A stretch of DNA of 64,000 bases from Nitrososphaerales archaeon. GTDB lineage: Archaea; Thermoproteota; Nitrososphaeria; Nitrososphaerales; UBA213. Both the position numbers and the translations under genes were made by a program. The notes below the pieces were generated by a model, which saw only the letters and a program-made list of their open reading frames with translations, was not told where the DNA came from and made no database searches. The stretch is taken from the NCBI GenBank assembly GCA_965197925.1, contig CBDAOC010000016.1, forward strand, positions 64,001-128,000, written 5' to 3'. Positions 58,301 to 64,000 of this stretch are shown one piece after another. Positions within the stretch are counted from its first letter, which is position 1, and each line of letters opens with the position of its first letter.

Positions 58301-61034
58301 ACTTCATTTGCTGCATAGAGTTAATAATTCTATAGTTACTAGAATCATTACGCGGAGCATCAGGCTTAAATAATATTCGAACAGCACCTACAGTAGGTCT
58401 ATATCCAGTCTTCAAAGAAGCTGTAGATCCAATAATATCCAAAGGTTTAGAACCAGAACCAGAAATAAGAATATTACGATCAATCAAATACTGTTCCATA
58501 GCTGCAAAATGAGCATCAGATACTACTTGTACATCAGCTTTATGAAAACCACCATGCATAGTATGCGTCAGTGCAAATGTAAATTGCTCATCATCTTTTA
58601 ACGTATCATCAATATATTTAGTTATACTTCTCTGAGCTGCAACATCCGCTTGAACACCACCACTAGCCTTTTGGTTCTGATAAGCATTAAATAATTTTGA
58701 TCTAAATGTAGACATAGACATAATAGCACTGGCATCAGTATATGAACCAGTCATAATGTTTCCACTAGAATCTAAACGCCTAAAACTATAGCCAGCTTCA
58801 AGGTTATCCTTCATCCACTTAGTTCTAGAAGCATCATCAGGCAATTTATTAAATGCAGACATAGTAGGATGATAGTAGTCTATAACCTTCTCTTCACCCT
58901 TAGCATTAGCTATGGAAACATATTTCTTAGGCTTTACTAGTCCAACACGCAAACTAAGATCGTCCATAACAATATCCATATGTCTACTGCTATCCAGCTT
59001 AGGAAGTGTACGTGTACGACCTTGTAAATCAGCTACACGTGCTAAACCACCACGCTTACCAAGCAAGTCCAATAGTAACTTAGAAGTATTAGACGATCTA
59101 TCGTTAACATCAATATCAATACCTACTGACTTCCAAAAACTAAAGAACCCTTCACGTGACTTATCACTAGTTACTACAACAGCTAAATCATCACCCGGAC
59201 CAAGTCCGTATCCATCTTCAATAACAAGATTAGAACGCTTCAACCAAGATAAGAACTGATTAACATTACGATCCTTACCACTAAAGTTAACAATAGCTCT
59301 AAAATTATTATCCTGAACTTGTGATAGTGCAGCAGCTTGTGGCTTTCCTGTAAGAGTACGGGACATATCCATAAAATTACCCTCTGCTGTAAATGCAGCA
59401 TCAGAAGTAACAATAGATGATACTCCAGTACGAGGATTCGCCATACCACTTATAAAGTTTTCACGAGATACTTCATCTGCAATCTTTGCAGTAGCAGCGC
59501 GCATACGATCACTAATTACATTAGGATCACGAACAACTTGCGCACCAGCAGCTTGCACTCTATAAGCAGTTGAATGCTGATATAGCTGAGAACGTATATC
59601 TCTAATTCCTACACCACGCATTGGCTGACGTTTACGATATGTACTTTCCAACTCACTTAAAGCATCGGCCAAGAAATTACGATTAGGGTCATTCATAGGA
59701 GTACGCGCTAAAGTAGTTCTTAGATTATTTATACTACCAAGTATTTGCTTACCTTCCTCTGTCCACGCACGTGACGCTTGTGAATAGCTTTCAGCAGTAG
59801 ATAGCACATCTTCTGTAGGTAATTGCTCTCTAATAAGCCTCATGGCACGAGGCATAACAAATTCTTCATGCTGTGCCCGAGTAACAGCTCCACCTTTAGT
59901 AACATACATTTGTGTAGCAATATCTTCAGCCATACGTCTAAATACAGCAGGCTGCTCCCGTTCTAAACCAGGAACATAAAAACCTTGCTGTTGTAAACGA
60001 GTACGTGCCAATCTAGCATATGTCATAGACCCTTGGACACCGGGGAACGCAAACTCATCTGACCCACGAAACTGTGCATCCAATGGAGATAATTCAGCAC
60101 GTCTAAACGCTGTCTCTCTATATCTATCTATGATACCTTGTTGCTGAACACGTGATGACGCAGCAGTTTCTTCCACAGTACGTGGAGATATACCAAATTC
60201 ACGACCAAGAATATCTTGTGCACGACGACGTAATCCAGGAGCAACCAAAGGATCTACACTTCTACGGAATGCTGTACCAACACCTCTAGCAGCAGGCCCA
60301 AAAACAGCTCTACCAGCACCAGCCAATAACAAATCTGAACCTATATCTAATCCAAGCAAACTCGTTTCCCCAATTGTAAGCCTACTACCGCCTGGCCCGT
60401 ATGGACTACCAGTTTCCGCAATAGTAAATGGAAGGGAAGAAGCTGCACCAATAGCACCACTAGCTAACAATCCACCAGTAGTTCCAAGAATACCACCACC
60501 GATAGCTCCAGCAGTAATAGGTGCCGCAGCCATCGCAAATGGAGCCGCAGCTAGAGAACTGTATATAATGTTACGCTTCATGGCAGACTCAGATAGAGCA
60601 ACATCATGGAACATAGTAGCACTATACTGAGTTGGAGTAACACCTAAACTACGAGCACGTGACTGTGCCTGTAACATAGGACGCACAGTAGCCGGAATAG
60701 CAGACGGAGCATTAGCACCAATAACAGAGTACATAATACCCATAAATGCAGCTTCACGCTGTTCAGAAGTCATACCTTCTACAATTTGTCTATTACGCTC
60801 TTGACTACCAGCAAACGCACCAGTTCCTATAGGCGTACTAAACCAACCACCAATTGCCCCAAAATTACGTCCCCAGAAACCCGGTTCACTTTGAGGCGGT
60901 ACATCTTCTACACCACCCTGTACAGGTGGTCTATTATACTGACGAACTGGTGTGCGATATCTATCGTCAAAACGACTCAAGGGATTCGGAATCCCTTGAG
61001 CCGAGAAATCTAACATTAAGTTTGGTGATACCAT
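46326..61034 (-). CDS. Giant tape measure protein (4902 aa) with putative N-terminal two-barrel RNA polymerase and DEDDy exonuclease domains
   Basis: Directly follows the frameshifting tail chaperone; TMP-type helical repeats and GE.G.EAI.PL motifs; polymerase- and exonuclease-like motifs detailed in findings. Confidence 0.85.
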   Translation of the reverse strand: MVSPNLMLDFSAQGIPNPLSRFDDRYRTPVRQYNRPPVQGGVEDVPPQSEPGFWGRNFGAIGGWFSTPIGTGAFAGSQERNRQIVEGMTSEQREAAFMGIMYSVIGANAPSAIPATVRPMLQAQSRARSLGVTPTQYSATMFHDVALSESAMKRNIIYSSLAAAPFAMAAAPITAGAIGGGILGTTGGLLASGAIGAASSLPFTIAETGSPYGPGGSRLTIGETSLLGLDIGSDLLLAGAGRAVFGPAARGVGTAFRRSVDPLVAPGLRRRAQDILGREFGISPRTVEETAASSRVQQQGIIDRYRETAFRRAELSPLDAQFRGSDEFAFPGVQGSMTYARLARTRLQQQGFYVPGLEREQPAVFRRMAEDIATQMYVTKGGAVTRAQHEEFVMPRAMRLIREQLPTEDVLSTAESYSQASRAWTEEGKQILGSINNLRTTLARTPMNDPNRNFLADALSELESTYRKRQPMRGVGIRDIRSQLYQHSTAYRVQAAGAQVVRDPNVISDRMRAATAKIADEVSRENFISGMANPRTGVSSIVTSDAAFTAEGNFMDMSRTLTGKPQAAALSQVQDNNFRAIVNFSGKDRNVNQFLSWLKRSNLVIEDGYGLGPGDDLAVVVTSDKSREGFFSFWKSVGIDIDVNDRSSNTSKLLLDLLGKRGGLARVADLQGRTRTLPKLDSSRHMDIVMDDLSLRVGLVKPKKYVSIANAKGEEKVIDYYHPTMSAFNKLPDDASRTKWMKDNLEAGYSFRRLDSSGNIMTGSYTDASAIMSMSTFRSKLFNAYQNQKASGGVQADVAAQRSITKYIDDTLKDDEQFTFALTHTMHGGFHKADVQVVSDAHFAAMEQYLIDRNILISGSGSKPLDIIGSTASLKTGYRPTVGAVRILFKPDAPRNDSSNYRIINSMQQMKWLESIMGRDLVKRIIKPAYRGMRRAEWQRVRSMFANDQPSEAEMQTIAQLRTQREMSRRLDEGQSFNYDEEFAMSYYDEISERYSQENPFMSAAMKRGAYATSRFRLYSSTVGKAVARGGTGMAPSGALQAVYGRLLPAEFFTKGTYESQDHVKLIFDDSGRYIGLAPHEKDVATWEFIRGTEGSDADDHALTFLLKSMNNRKQWEYFLPIGRDPQGVGAGLVRRISKVDADKFTKTTRIEAIDVTNTEIQTGNQLVRWNFGDVRSGQARNVGFNPTDLPMSGSPLRLTEHGPTNIRRITQFNREKGNIGKIDVYMRLLTHSGVDSDIAGGVFSDVLDALTRFRGSSVVAEKAIKNEIRQWLEANPRRSLDKHLIEEYPWLKRDFEEYLSEVSSPIAAGVRYEYTSLDIANVRKDALLESRVFENVQSILFQGSRSAMTKQLDTRLLQIARRATTMSSGLHNRYRSPLYAGVVEGDKLTTAQSDVVNQGLREAVNQGYMPQDYAAALMQVAVSESSAGRRKGFNTAISDEILELLDRSAYESYFESFDDFQPALRLEFGGGIAAGVKQAKEYVVRRQQSASGAAYHIGEMIKGEFKALQEIQDVQMGAIAEAAGPLRYQGSIGATVGQTSLYESGLFGVGRLGIDEWSQAEEITRRIIGGRTLSEIIQDPTLSGFDWEGLARGLEAPEGILDVQKTTVSPSGMLQSVRGSLDRDLTPEQLRLHAMKRRRILIFDVENDYKKLVRGRERANVGYWGAQIINDDGSVEHIALSLNDVKAGVLNDIVGSVTDVVGYNVSHDLDLTARNFGVNFEGKVVWDLRKGGEAAGLGGRGMVRAATKEEDTWVSGKLEGGVLSPQAIEDRVRRFWGNALRQLPLKGPGSITEMLGLSRGELEVPAGELMERMYRDPNNKDLQFVMDLYNRLDVEQTGALWNILSGMLPEQFGRFGAQDVVGRSWDDLGMQPVASYYDFLPDVNDARLRDPTMGMEFADEIDPMMAETGQEYIELIKQANRAGNRATRMPLLQAWGRRTASSGAPGVLSAAMRGMQWGGTQLTALSGRTFGAAGRGIGRGMGMIPAGRVGRGIGRGARFVAGSSSGNRLRGEIRSDTSGELVRGGITEQFIQNTDVGQFARIMQLPGVYSRSGMDVMGTAISAGISGLPFMTGWWMAGRNIGRLYDSPASLARFSGAKQGEILQLSMHRTLREGGGYAELAERIITNQTGVGPARLRALRDRGDFNVFLRALKGDNPELYERLYRRLDEVGDNDELYRRTNDEGTVQYGNYFSMLMKDLWNQKVRGREIGLKKITANLEDPKRLEQYETHLSRLSRDANQLINEANRRGLSAESQRRIADQILPFMKITRDMPNYEELMTRNRARGGDGRIDIDIDFDLLTDEQKRQVRRDIERREAFMADIPTAKSFGRMDWGDNLGRKIYAMTLGIETGSPVRRTGGRVGWGINTPWTRELDVSSGRNRMELRGDMLKGRMGGSIIDPEEWRRSTDWRSWLPTRGLARPLLLAQAGILGAAGAEGAIWEERRRREFGSEFGSGYNTLDLFNAEAARRQEQMEMFQLPLLSRSFPGIQAIPLIGRLPIPYIGEYAVGPRRAYARDYNKREMERISGTRGATFEPMNEEFMHVNRPWITAPPSIHPWLVAKLAAAPPSRWASDLPSTIQMPWDRQGTPFSATFQDDWGSLEPEQQRLYSGVNAVLTDEQWEQVRSGAFEVIEDRNLRRNLAQLKQLSDSGQWNTIIKDMQAYSGYVRQGSSRENAGFAARSLSPGLRRVVSRQAAQGIRGRSIEEDPRRATSWQALQMGLRSQYGKDYDWQGSPEWARDWGEENIQPFAALSREDYEYENYRPGWHEYSKFESADTSMMAVLHAYLRHLEFWKKPVRYVRPSEGQDWIKIPEVPKYDLSEPSSRVTDTLRNAANEYDSLKLTNPLSVPQMQEGGVIPANSGGTLINAGEAGYDEAIIPLDKSVLADIFSNLASEGGVSSAEELADIASAMHDVARILGGLEASIGDSIYQISASNKGMGEALRLASAMDAELQASGTFGEGSKMAFVGTGATEFAEFGGNALNMNFWQQQLAESKAAVDRSLDWTPFDTPQQMPDWATGFDTSSGVFTMARDMLAQIKPQDVSEVPYSRIYGQDAIDVSLEKIRSQAIFRLPGDDTEYYHTRPKINEAVFGEQYTYDSPIPGADIVKGDPMPAQMVPPGAFESGVIRPRMEDVWMVDADTVRQLTTPFDTRGIDPITGAADPTVLGRSVDAYGQPVAMRALEHTIDPTTGDADVTAFNDALRLMTERFRVEGVDAPEHYEVGGPIANAIAAGFMEQFASQDRLFFDIKGQAAFGEDSRDPEARSVVDIFGATESGEAIRIQDYLQATGWTRAEPESFAQAATAATAEARGEGLFNEFFTSRGWGADVDVRQLSIAEQTLMREARYAGVPASVLAGLTPSMRGIDFEQYARIPVGTGDFDLPRQMSTMDSMIGKMPELVSLDSIVAALDVAGIQGGLPDPAQFADMLGPNQRLVGDAALLSAVYGDAPEHEPIREAAMRLGSRAREQTLAAAERYELQGTRAGIDIGEGLLSTMPSELSEKLYGTTQPVQMFGTQYDRLAEDIAKLRERGYREAITMMGKDEQALREGLGVSTVGDKASYYAASVEAGEKLAAFEAERLTTAQYDDELFGGTGVYDRREMFKGFVTEGYVSRNIDRLEYEAKEADRRAAVGMAGARVRQTASYFDPFAKDVTSDMVETSFGKLEDQTVLRSILGAVGRMSGVGGAEDMFGMSMQYAVAGQNLRKDPSTWAMAGLTGGQDLFTGGFEQSMVDLAVERFEVGRGTRLSDAPDGAATMLQDMSDRYGAVISPFEDSLEAGIASGAIKSELDLVTELFRDMFASVISAGENAAREFSGLEFDPEFSNANLRRNAAGEVEFRRTLENLPSGFVEALKQMGTGSSILVPGQRSAEQTDRAYEVDPLSGAKSPGSGVWQVGGATYGFDESGGSEGRITVTEDITRKVEQKRKGDKWYTYIDGVWDQKDPQADKRDVPDEIKHGTMETVYDVATGQMVEQYETFGDTGRVKLFEGAPIAFPDVQEEAKLDLEAFLKGLLPDDMSAIDFEKVFEAAFTALMAGVDVEELSAKLMDILPDKLSNAGLVSVLEAAFLAAAEGVDSGSITENLLNILPDKLDGEALEKILISAYEVAIVDGDPVDIASSILVLLPDDTTAAQIESILLSAYEIAIVGGDPVNITESIKALLPTDISTEKLVALLEAAYELALMGGDPVDIGQSIKDLLPTEKIDSSTLVDILEDVLRAAAAGLSLDSIIKAYRDVISKMDPSDMGIGFAQLFASIQAVGVDGAEKLWEDLSNSITDDMDSATISKKAADAIYLSIVAEMAGLDLTPEDIFGPGGIPGFSSSSGGASQGSSGGGQGSSGGGLDSSMWNSIMFGGDLGGNPRVSGGAFGIDFGQLITDINSVQEAAEGVAGAFMGSEESVVSGLNQIYSDIDTLNSKIEETQLNIGGEENSIASAFGIEVQSKVDSLFDTLNEDMHNSIVNLISSIGSGDNSIASAFEIDVQSKVTNLFNSLNEDVYNSIVGLISSIGGGDNSIASAFGIEVQSKVDSLFNVLNEDVYNSIVGLTRSIGGADNSLASAFEIDVQSKVNNLFNVLNEDVYNSIVGLTRSIGGGDNSIASAFGIEVQSKVDTLFDTLNEDVYNAIIGLKNRVNGSDSLLSASHDVQNVFDDIADVYDRLKDKTINISVHTTYSSSGSRGGGGGGPGGGGPGGGGPGGGGPGGGGPGGGGPGGGGPGGGGPGGGGPGGGGPGGGGPGGGGPGGGGPGGGGPGGGTTPGAQPGDPNIGTTDAQGIDTGQDTWQGGFALPTSGGVALNVAEMGEGEAILPLSKVPGIFAEAFARSADSMKSMTGTASEIMLQPIKDMLASVPSMIIGMSGATDSYMDSVNASGDGVLLLENHVSLEMGGEEVVNVILEAQELALRSGRGAL
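46801..47010 (-). repeat. 14 x 15-bp tandem repeat encoding (GGGGP)n
   Basis: Unit CCTGGGCCACCACC(A/G) on the + strand. Confidence 0.95.
47160..47774 (-). repeat. 5 x 123-bp (41-aa) tandem repeat in TMP
   Basis: IGG.DNSIASAF.I.VQSKV..LF..LNED.YN.I.GL unit. Confidence 0.9.
48380..49010 (-). repeat. About 6 x 37-aa helical repeat in TMP
   Basis: LP.D.....L...L.AA...A..G.D...I....L unit. Confidence 0.8.
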
Positions 61035-61052
61035 TACTACCTACTACTACCA

Positions 61053-61364
61053 CTAGCTGAACAATTTGAACACATCATTAATTTGTTGAGTAAGTTCTTT
61101 CTTAGACTTGGCCTTATTACTTCTACTACGACGCTTAGGTATAAAGTCCTCTTCACCTTTAGCGGGCTGACCTTTACTTCTACTTTGATTAGACATAAGG
61201 GCCATTATACGCCCGAACCGTCTATTCTCTTTTTCATCCTCGTCACCTTGGGCTTCGCTCAACGCTTGAAATTCCACCCAACATAATGACCAAAAATCGT
61301 AATCACTAAGCCGCAAACTTACTCTTGCGAAACCCCAGAGTTTTAACCAGTCGAGGCCTTTTTG
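61053..61364 (-). CDS. Tail assembly chaperone frameshift extension (gpT-like)
   Basis: -1 frame open from the slippery site: KGLDWLKLWGFARVSLRLSDYDFWSL..EF. Confidence 0.8.
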   Translation of the reverse strand, partial: QKGLDWLKLWGFARVSLRLSDYDFWSLCWVEFQALSEAQGDEDEKENRRFGRIMALMSNQSRSKGQPAKGEEDFIPKRRSRSNKAKSKKELTQQINDVFKLFS

Positions 61365-61735
61365 CGGCTCTTCGCCTGTGGCTTTGTGGGCTCCGTAACC
61401 ACTTCCCCCTCAGAAGATTGACCAAATGCTCGCTCATTCTCCTGACCAATCATAGTACTTAACTCTATACTCAATTTAACCAAATCACCAGGATTACAGT
61501 TACTCATAATATAACTCCAATCCTCTTCTGGATGATGAGTAAGACCAGTACATTGGATCAAAGAGCGAATATGATCTTCATTCCACACATCATCTGTTGT
61601 AGGAAGAAGATCTTCACGAGCCAATTGAGCGATATGATTCATAGTAGCAAGATTATATACAAACGTATACATCTTACCATCAAATTCAAACTCAACCATA
61701 GGTACTTTAGTTGCATGTATCTTATTAGTTGCCAT
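61343..61735 (-). CDS. Tail assembly chaperone (gpG-like)
   Basis: Between tail tube and TMP, ends at slippery C-AAA-AAG. Confidence 0.8.
   Translation of the reverse strand: MATNKIHATKVPMVEFEFDGKMYTFVYNLATMNHIAQLAREDLLPTTDDVWNEDHIRSLIQCTGLTHHPEEDWSYIMSNCNPGDLVKLSIELSTMIGQENERAFGQSSEGEVVTEPTKPQAKSRKKASTG
61358..61364 (-). promoter_or_regulatory. -1 programmed ribosomal frameshift site CAAAAAG
   Basis: In-frame CGC AAA AAG; a -1 shift joins the gpT-like ORF. Confidence 0.75.
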
Positions 61736-61743
61736 TATTTAAC

Positions 61744-62322
61744 CTAACTTATTTCATAAGAATATGTTGTATCGGAATCAGAAACATCAGGCCATAAACC
61801 ATCTGCAACAGTTAGACCAGTAGTAGTCGTTACTTTACCAGTTACTTTGATACTAACATTCCCTATTATTATACCACCCGCACTATGAGAAGTCGATAAA
61901 CCCAATACATAGCCATCAAAATTCCAACTCCAACTACTAGGATTAGTATTATCTTCAGTTTCAGCTTCAGGAATCACTAACATAAACTTTTCCTTAGTAT
62001 CATTTGTATAACTTTCTAATAGTAACCTATGTGAACCTAAACTAGAATTAAACAAAACACTTAATGTAACACTCCCAGGATCTTTATATCCTGGAATTAC
62101 TTGCTTCCAAGATCCAGGAATCGCAGGTGTAACATCATGAAAAGTCTTTGTCATACTAGGCGAAGATACATCTACAATTTGCGCAACAGGAAGCCAGTCA
62201 GGAGTAACTGTAGTTCCTTCTACAGTCTCTATTTCAATATCATCCCTATTAGAAACAAGGAGTAGAACTCCATGAGAATCTACTCCTTGTGTCGCAGGAT
62301 ATAACCCTGCATATGTTGTCAT
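61744..62322 (-). CDS. Tail tube (major tail) protein
   Basis: DVT....WKQ.IPG.KDPGSV, W.FDGYV, IKVTGK pattern of siphoviral tail tube proteins. Confidence 0.8.
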   Translation of the reverse strand: MTTYAGLYPATQGVDSHGVLLLVSNRDDIEIETVEGTTVTPDWLPVAQIVDVSSPSMTKTFHDVTPAIPGSWKQVIPGYKDPGSVTLSVLFNSSLGSHRLLLESYTNDTKEKFMLVIPEAETEDNTNPSSWSWNFDGYVLGLSTSHSAGGIIIGNVSIKVTGKVTTTTGLTVADGLWPDVSDSDTTYSYEIS

Positions 62323-62339
62323 TTTACTACAACCTTATT

Positions 62340-63359
62340 TTACAAGATGTTTGGACCACCATAAACTGCCAAGTGGCAACGACCACCATTAGCAATCAAA
62401 GCAGTGATAAACGCTTCTACATCATCTGAAATAGCAGCAGCATTATCTCCTTCACCCATAGATACAGCAGTTGTATTATATACATTAGTAGAGGCGTAAG
62501 TACCCCACAACTCATACTGTCCTGGAATAAACAAGCGTATTCTAACTTTACCAACATCACCTACTGCAACTGTATCTGTATCCGAAGCAACTAGATCACC
62601 AACTGTAACACTTAATGTACTATCTGTACCAACAGTACCATCAAAAGTTAAAGTAGGTGCTGATATAGCTCTACGAACCTCTCCATTAACAAAAATACCC
62701 GCAGCTACACTACCAGTATCGCTACTATTAGCTCCAGTTAACAAAGCAGCAGAAGTTCCAGCAGCAGCAGCACTAGCATTGTCCGCAGCATTAGTACTAT
62801 CCCAAACACCAGCACCAGCTGTACCAGTAGTAAACCCACTAACTTGATAAACAAGTGGAGTAATCTGCTCAGGCTCTCCAACAATCTTCCAACCTACTTG
62901 TCCAGACATAATTGCTTCAGGCTGGTAACTCAATGGACCAAGCTGTGTCAAGAACGCACGACATGTAATTAAGTGAAGATCTGGGTCAGGAGCAAGCACA
63001 CGAAGTCTTGTCAACTCGTTAGACTCCAAAGACGCCTGTCTAAGCAATGACCAATCAGCCGCATAACGACCCTGTGTATCATTATAACCAGGCAACCAGT
63101 TAACTGCCGCAGCTACTTCACCACCATCACGTAGACCAGGAGCGAAACTCTGGTAACGACCCAAAGATCTCATGTGATAAGAAGGAATAACATTCGTACG
63201 AATGTTAATAGCTGTAATACCCATTAATGCGCCAACAAAAGATCCAGGCCATTCAGCTGCACCAGTCTGTGGCTGTCTACCTACAGTAAGCAACGCACCA
63301 TAACCAGCGAAACCAGATTGATTCTGGTTCTGTTCGGCGGTAAGTCTCAAATTTCCCAT
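62340..63359 (-). CDS. Second tail tube-like protein with C-terminal extension
   Basis: GYGALL, F.PGLRDGGEV..NW.P, AFLT, KIVGEP, then about 170-aa beta-rich extension. Confidence 0.7.
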   Translation of the reverse strand: MGNLRLTAEQNQNQSGFAGYGALLTVGRQPQTGAAEWPGSFVGALMGITAINIRTNVIPSYHMRSLGRYQSFAPGLRDGGEVAAAVNWLPGYNDTQGRYAADWSLLRQASLESNELTRLRVLAPDPDLHLITCRAFLTQLGPLSYQPEAIMSGQVGWKIVGEPEQITPLVYQVSGFTTGTAGAGVWDSTNAADNASAAAAGTSAALLTGANSSDTGSVAAGIFVNGEVRRAISAPTLTFDGTVGTDSTLSVTVGDLVASDTDTVAVGDVGKVRIRLFIPGQYELWGTYASTNVYNTTAVSMGEGDNAAAISDDVEAFITALIANGGRCHLAVYGGPNIL

Positions 63360-63457
63360 ATTTTCCTCTCTCTATATAGATAGATTTTCTAGATTTGAAA
63401 TCAAACTAGCTATAGTATAAACTATATTTATACTAAAACACAAGAGGTAAATATATC

Positions 63458-63691
63458 ATGAATAGATGTTTCAATTGTAATTACACAGTTAGTCTAAGCC
63501 TTCACGATGATGGGCACCATTATTGCGTTGGCTGTATGCCAAAACCTACACCTAAACCTGAACCTAAGCCCAGAGCTAAAAGACACAAGAAAGTAGAAAA
63601 AGAACCAGAGCCAGAGCCAATGCATGACGAAGCGATGATGGCAGAGCCAGAACCAGAACACTTCGATGACGAAGTAAAAGAAGAGTTCTAA
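63458..63691 (+). CDS. small Zn-finger protein with (KP/EP)n tail
   Basis: CFNC...CVGC; GAGG RBS. Confidence 0.6.
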   Translation: MNRCFNCNYTVSLSLHDDGHHYCVGCMPKPTPKPEPKPRAKRHKKVEKEPEPEPMHDEAMMAEPEPEHFDDEVKEEF

Positions 63692-63865
63692 ATGGGTAAA
63701 GAAAGAACAATAAGCATAGATATACCGTGCTGCTATTGTTTCAAAATAATAAAAGCAAACACAATATTATGGCAATCAAAACACGGTGATTTTGTACATA
63801 CTGATTGCCCTAAGAAAAGAACTTTTAAAGGTATAAACAACCAAAGAAGTAAAGAACTAGAATAG
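63692..63865 (+). CDS. small Zn-finger protein
   Basis: Hand translation, 57 aa, CCYC...HTDC. Confidence 0.5.
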   Translation: MGKERTISIDIPCCYCFKIIKANTILWQSKHGDFVHTDCPKKRTFKGINNQRSKELE

Positions 63866-63893
63866 AAAAGCCCCCGATTATTCGGGGGCTTAA
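63866..63893. terminator. Bidirectional terminator
   Basis: AAAAGCCCCCGA-tta-TTCGGGGGCTT between convergent genes. Confidence 0.75.
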
Positions 63894-63912
63894 TACTTTA
63901 TTATCTCAACAT

Positions 63913-63999
63913 TTACTCTGTATGATCAGATTCAGGTGTACCTAATTGCGCCATACGATACTCATGATCTACTGCAATCTTATGGTGATTAGGCGGACT
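63913..63999 (-). CDS. 3' end of an upstream structural gene (possibly tail terminator), truncated by window edge
   Basis: Open - frame ...HHKIAVDHEYRMAQLGTPESDHTE*. Confidence 0.4.
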   Translation of the reverse strand, partial: SPPNHHKIAVDHEYRMAQLGTPESDHTE

Positions 64000-64000
64000 A

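Noticed and set aside
1..64000. Stop-codon reassignment
   Set aside because: Known genes are full length in the standard code, TAG and TGA both end genes, and no clear suppressor tRNA is present

Overview
A 64-kb segment of a large tailed bacteriophage genome, probably siphovirus-like, read with the standard code. Bases 1-36.9 kb are mostly + strand early/middle genes. Replication genes: family-A DNA polymerase, beta-clamp-like protein, primase-helicase, SF2 helicase, ATP-dependent DNA ligase and several exonucleases. Nucleotide/NAD genes: PyrD-like, class II RNR (on the - strand), ThyX, NAMPT and NADAR. The arm also carries Ro60/TROVE, HNH/EndoVII nucleases, many micro-ORFs, 10 scattered tRNAs and one aberrant tRNA-like gene. 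Bases 36.9-63.4 kb are a - strand tail module: two tail-tube paralogues, a tail chaperone with a -1 frameshift, a 4902-aa tape-measure-position protein and Fn3-rich tail proteins. The main candidate novelty is the giant tape measure protein. Its N-terminal ~1850 residues carry motifs of a two-barrel RNA polymerase followed by a DEDDy 3'-5' exonuclease domain. Other notable items are a 54-bp inverted repeat before the clamp gene, a tandem constant-variable-constant gene pair, and an A/C skew on the + strand that ignores gene direction. All calls come from motif reading by eye; no searches were run.
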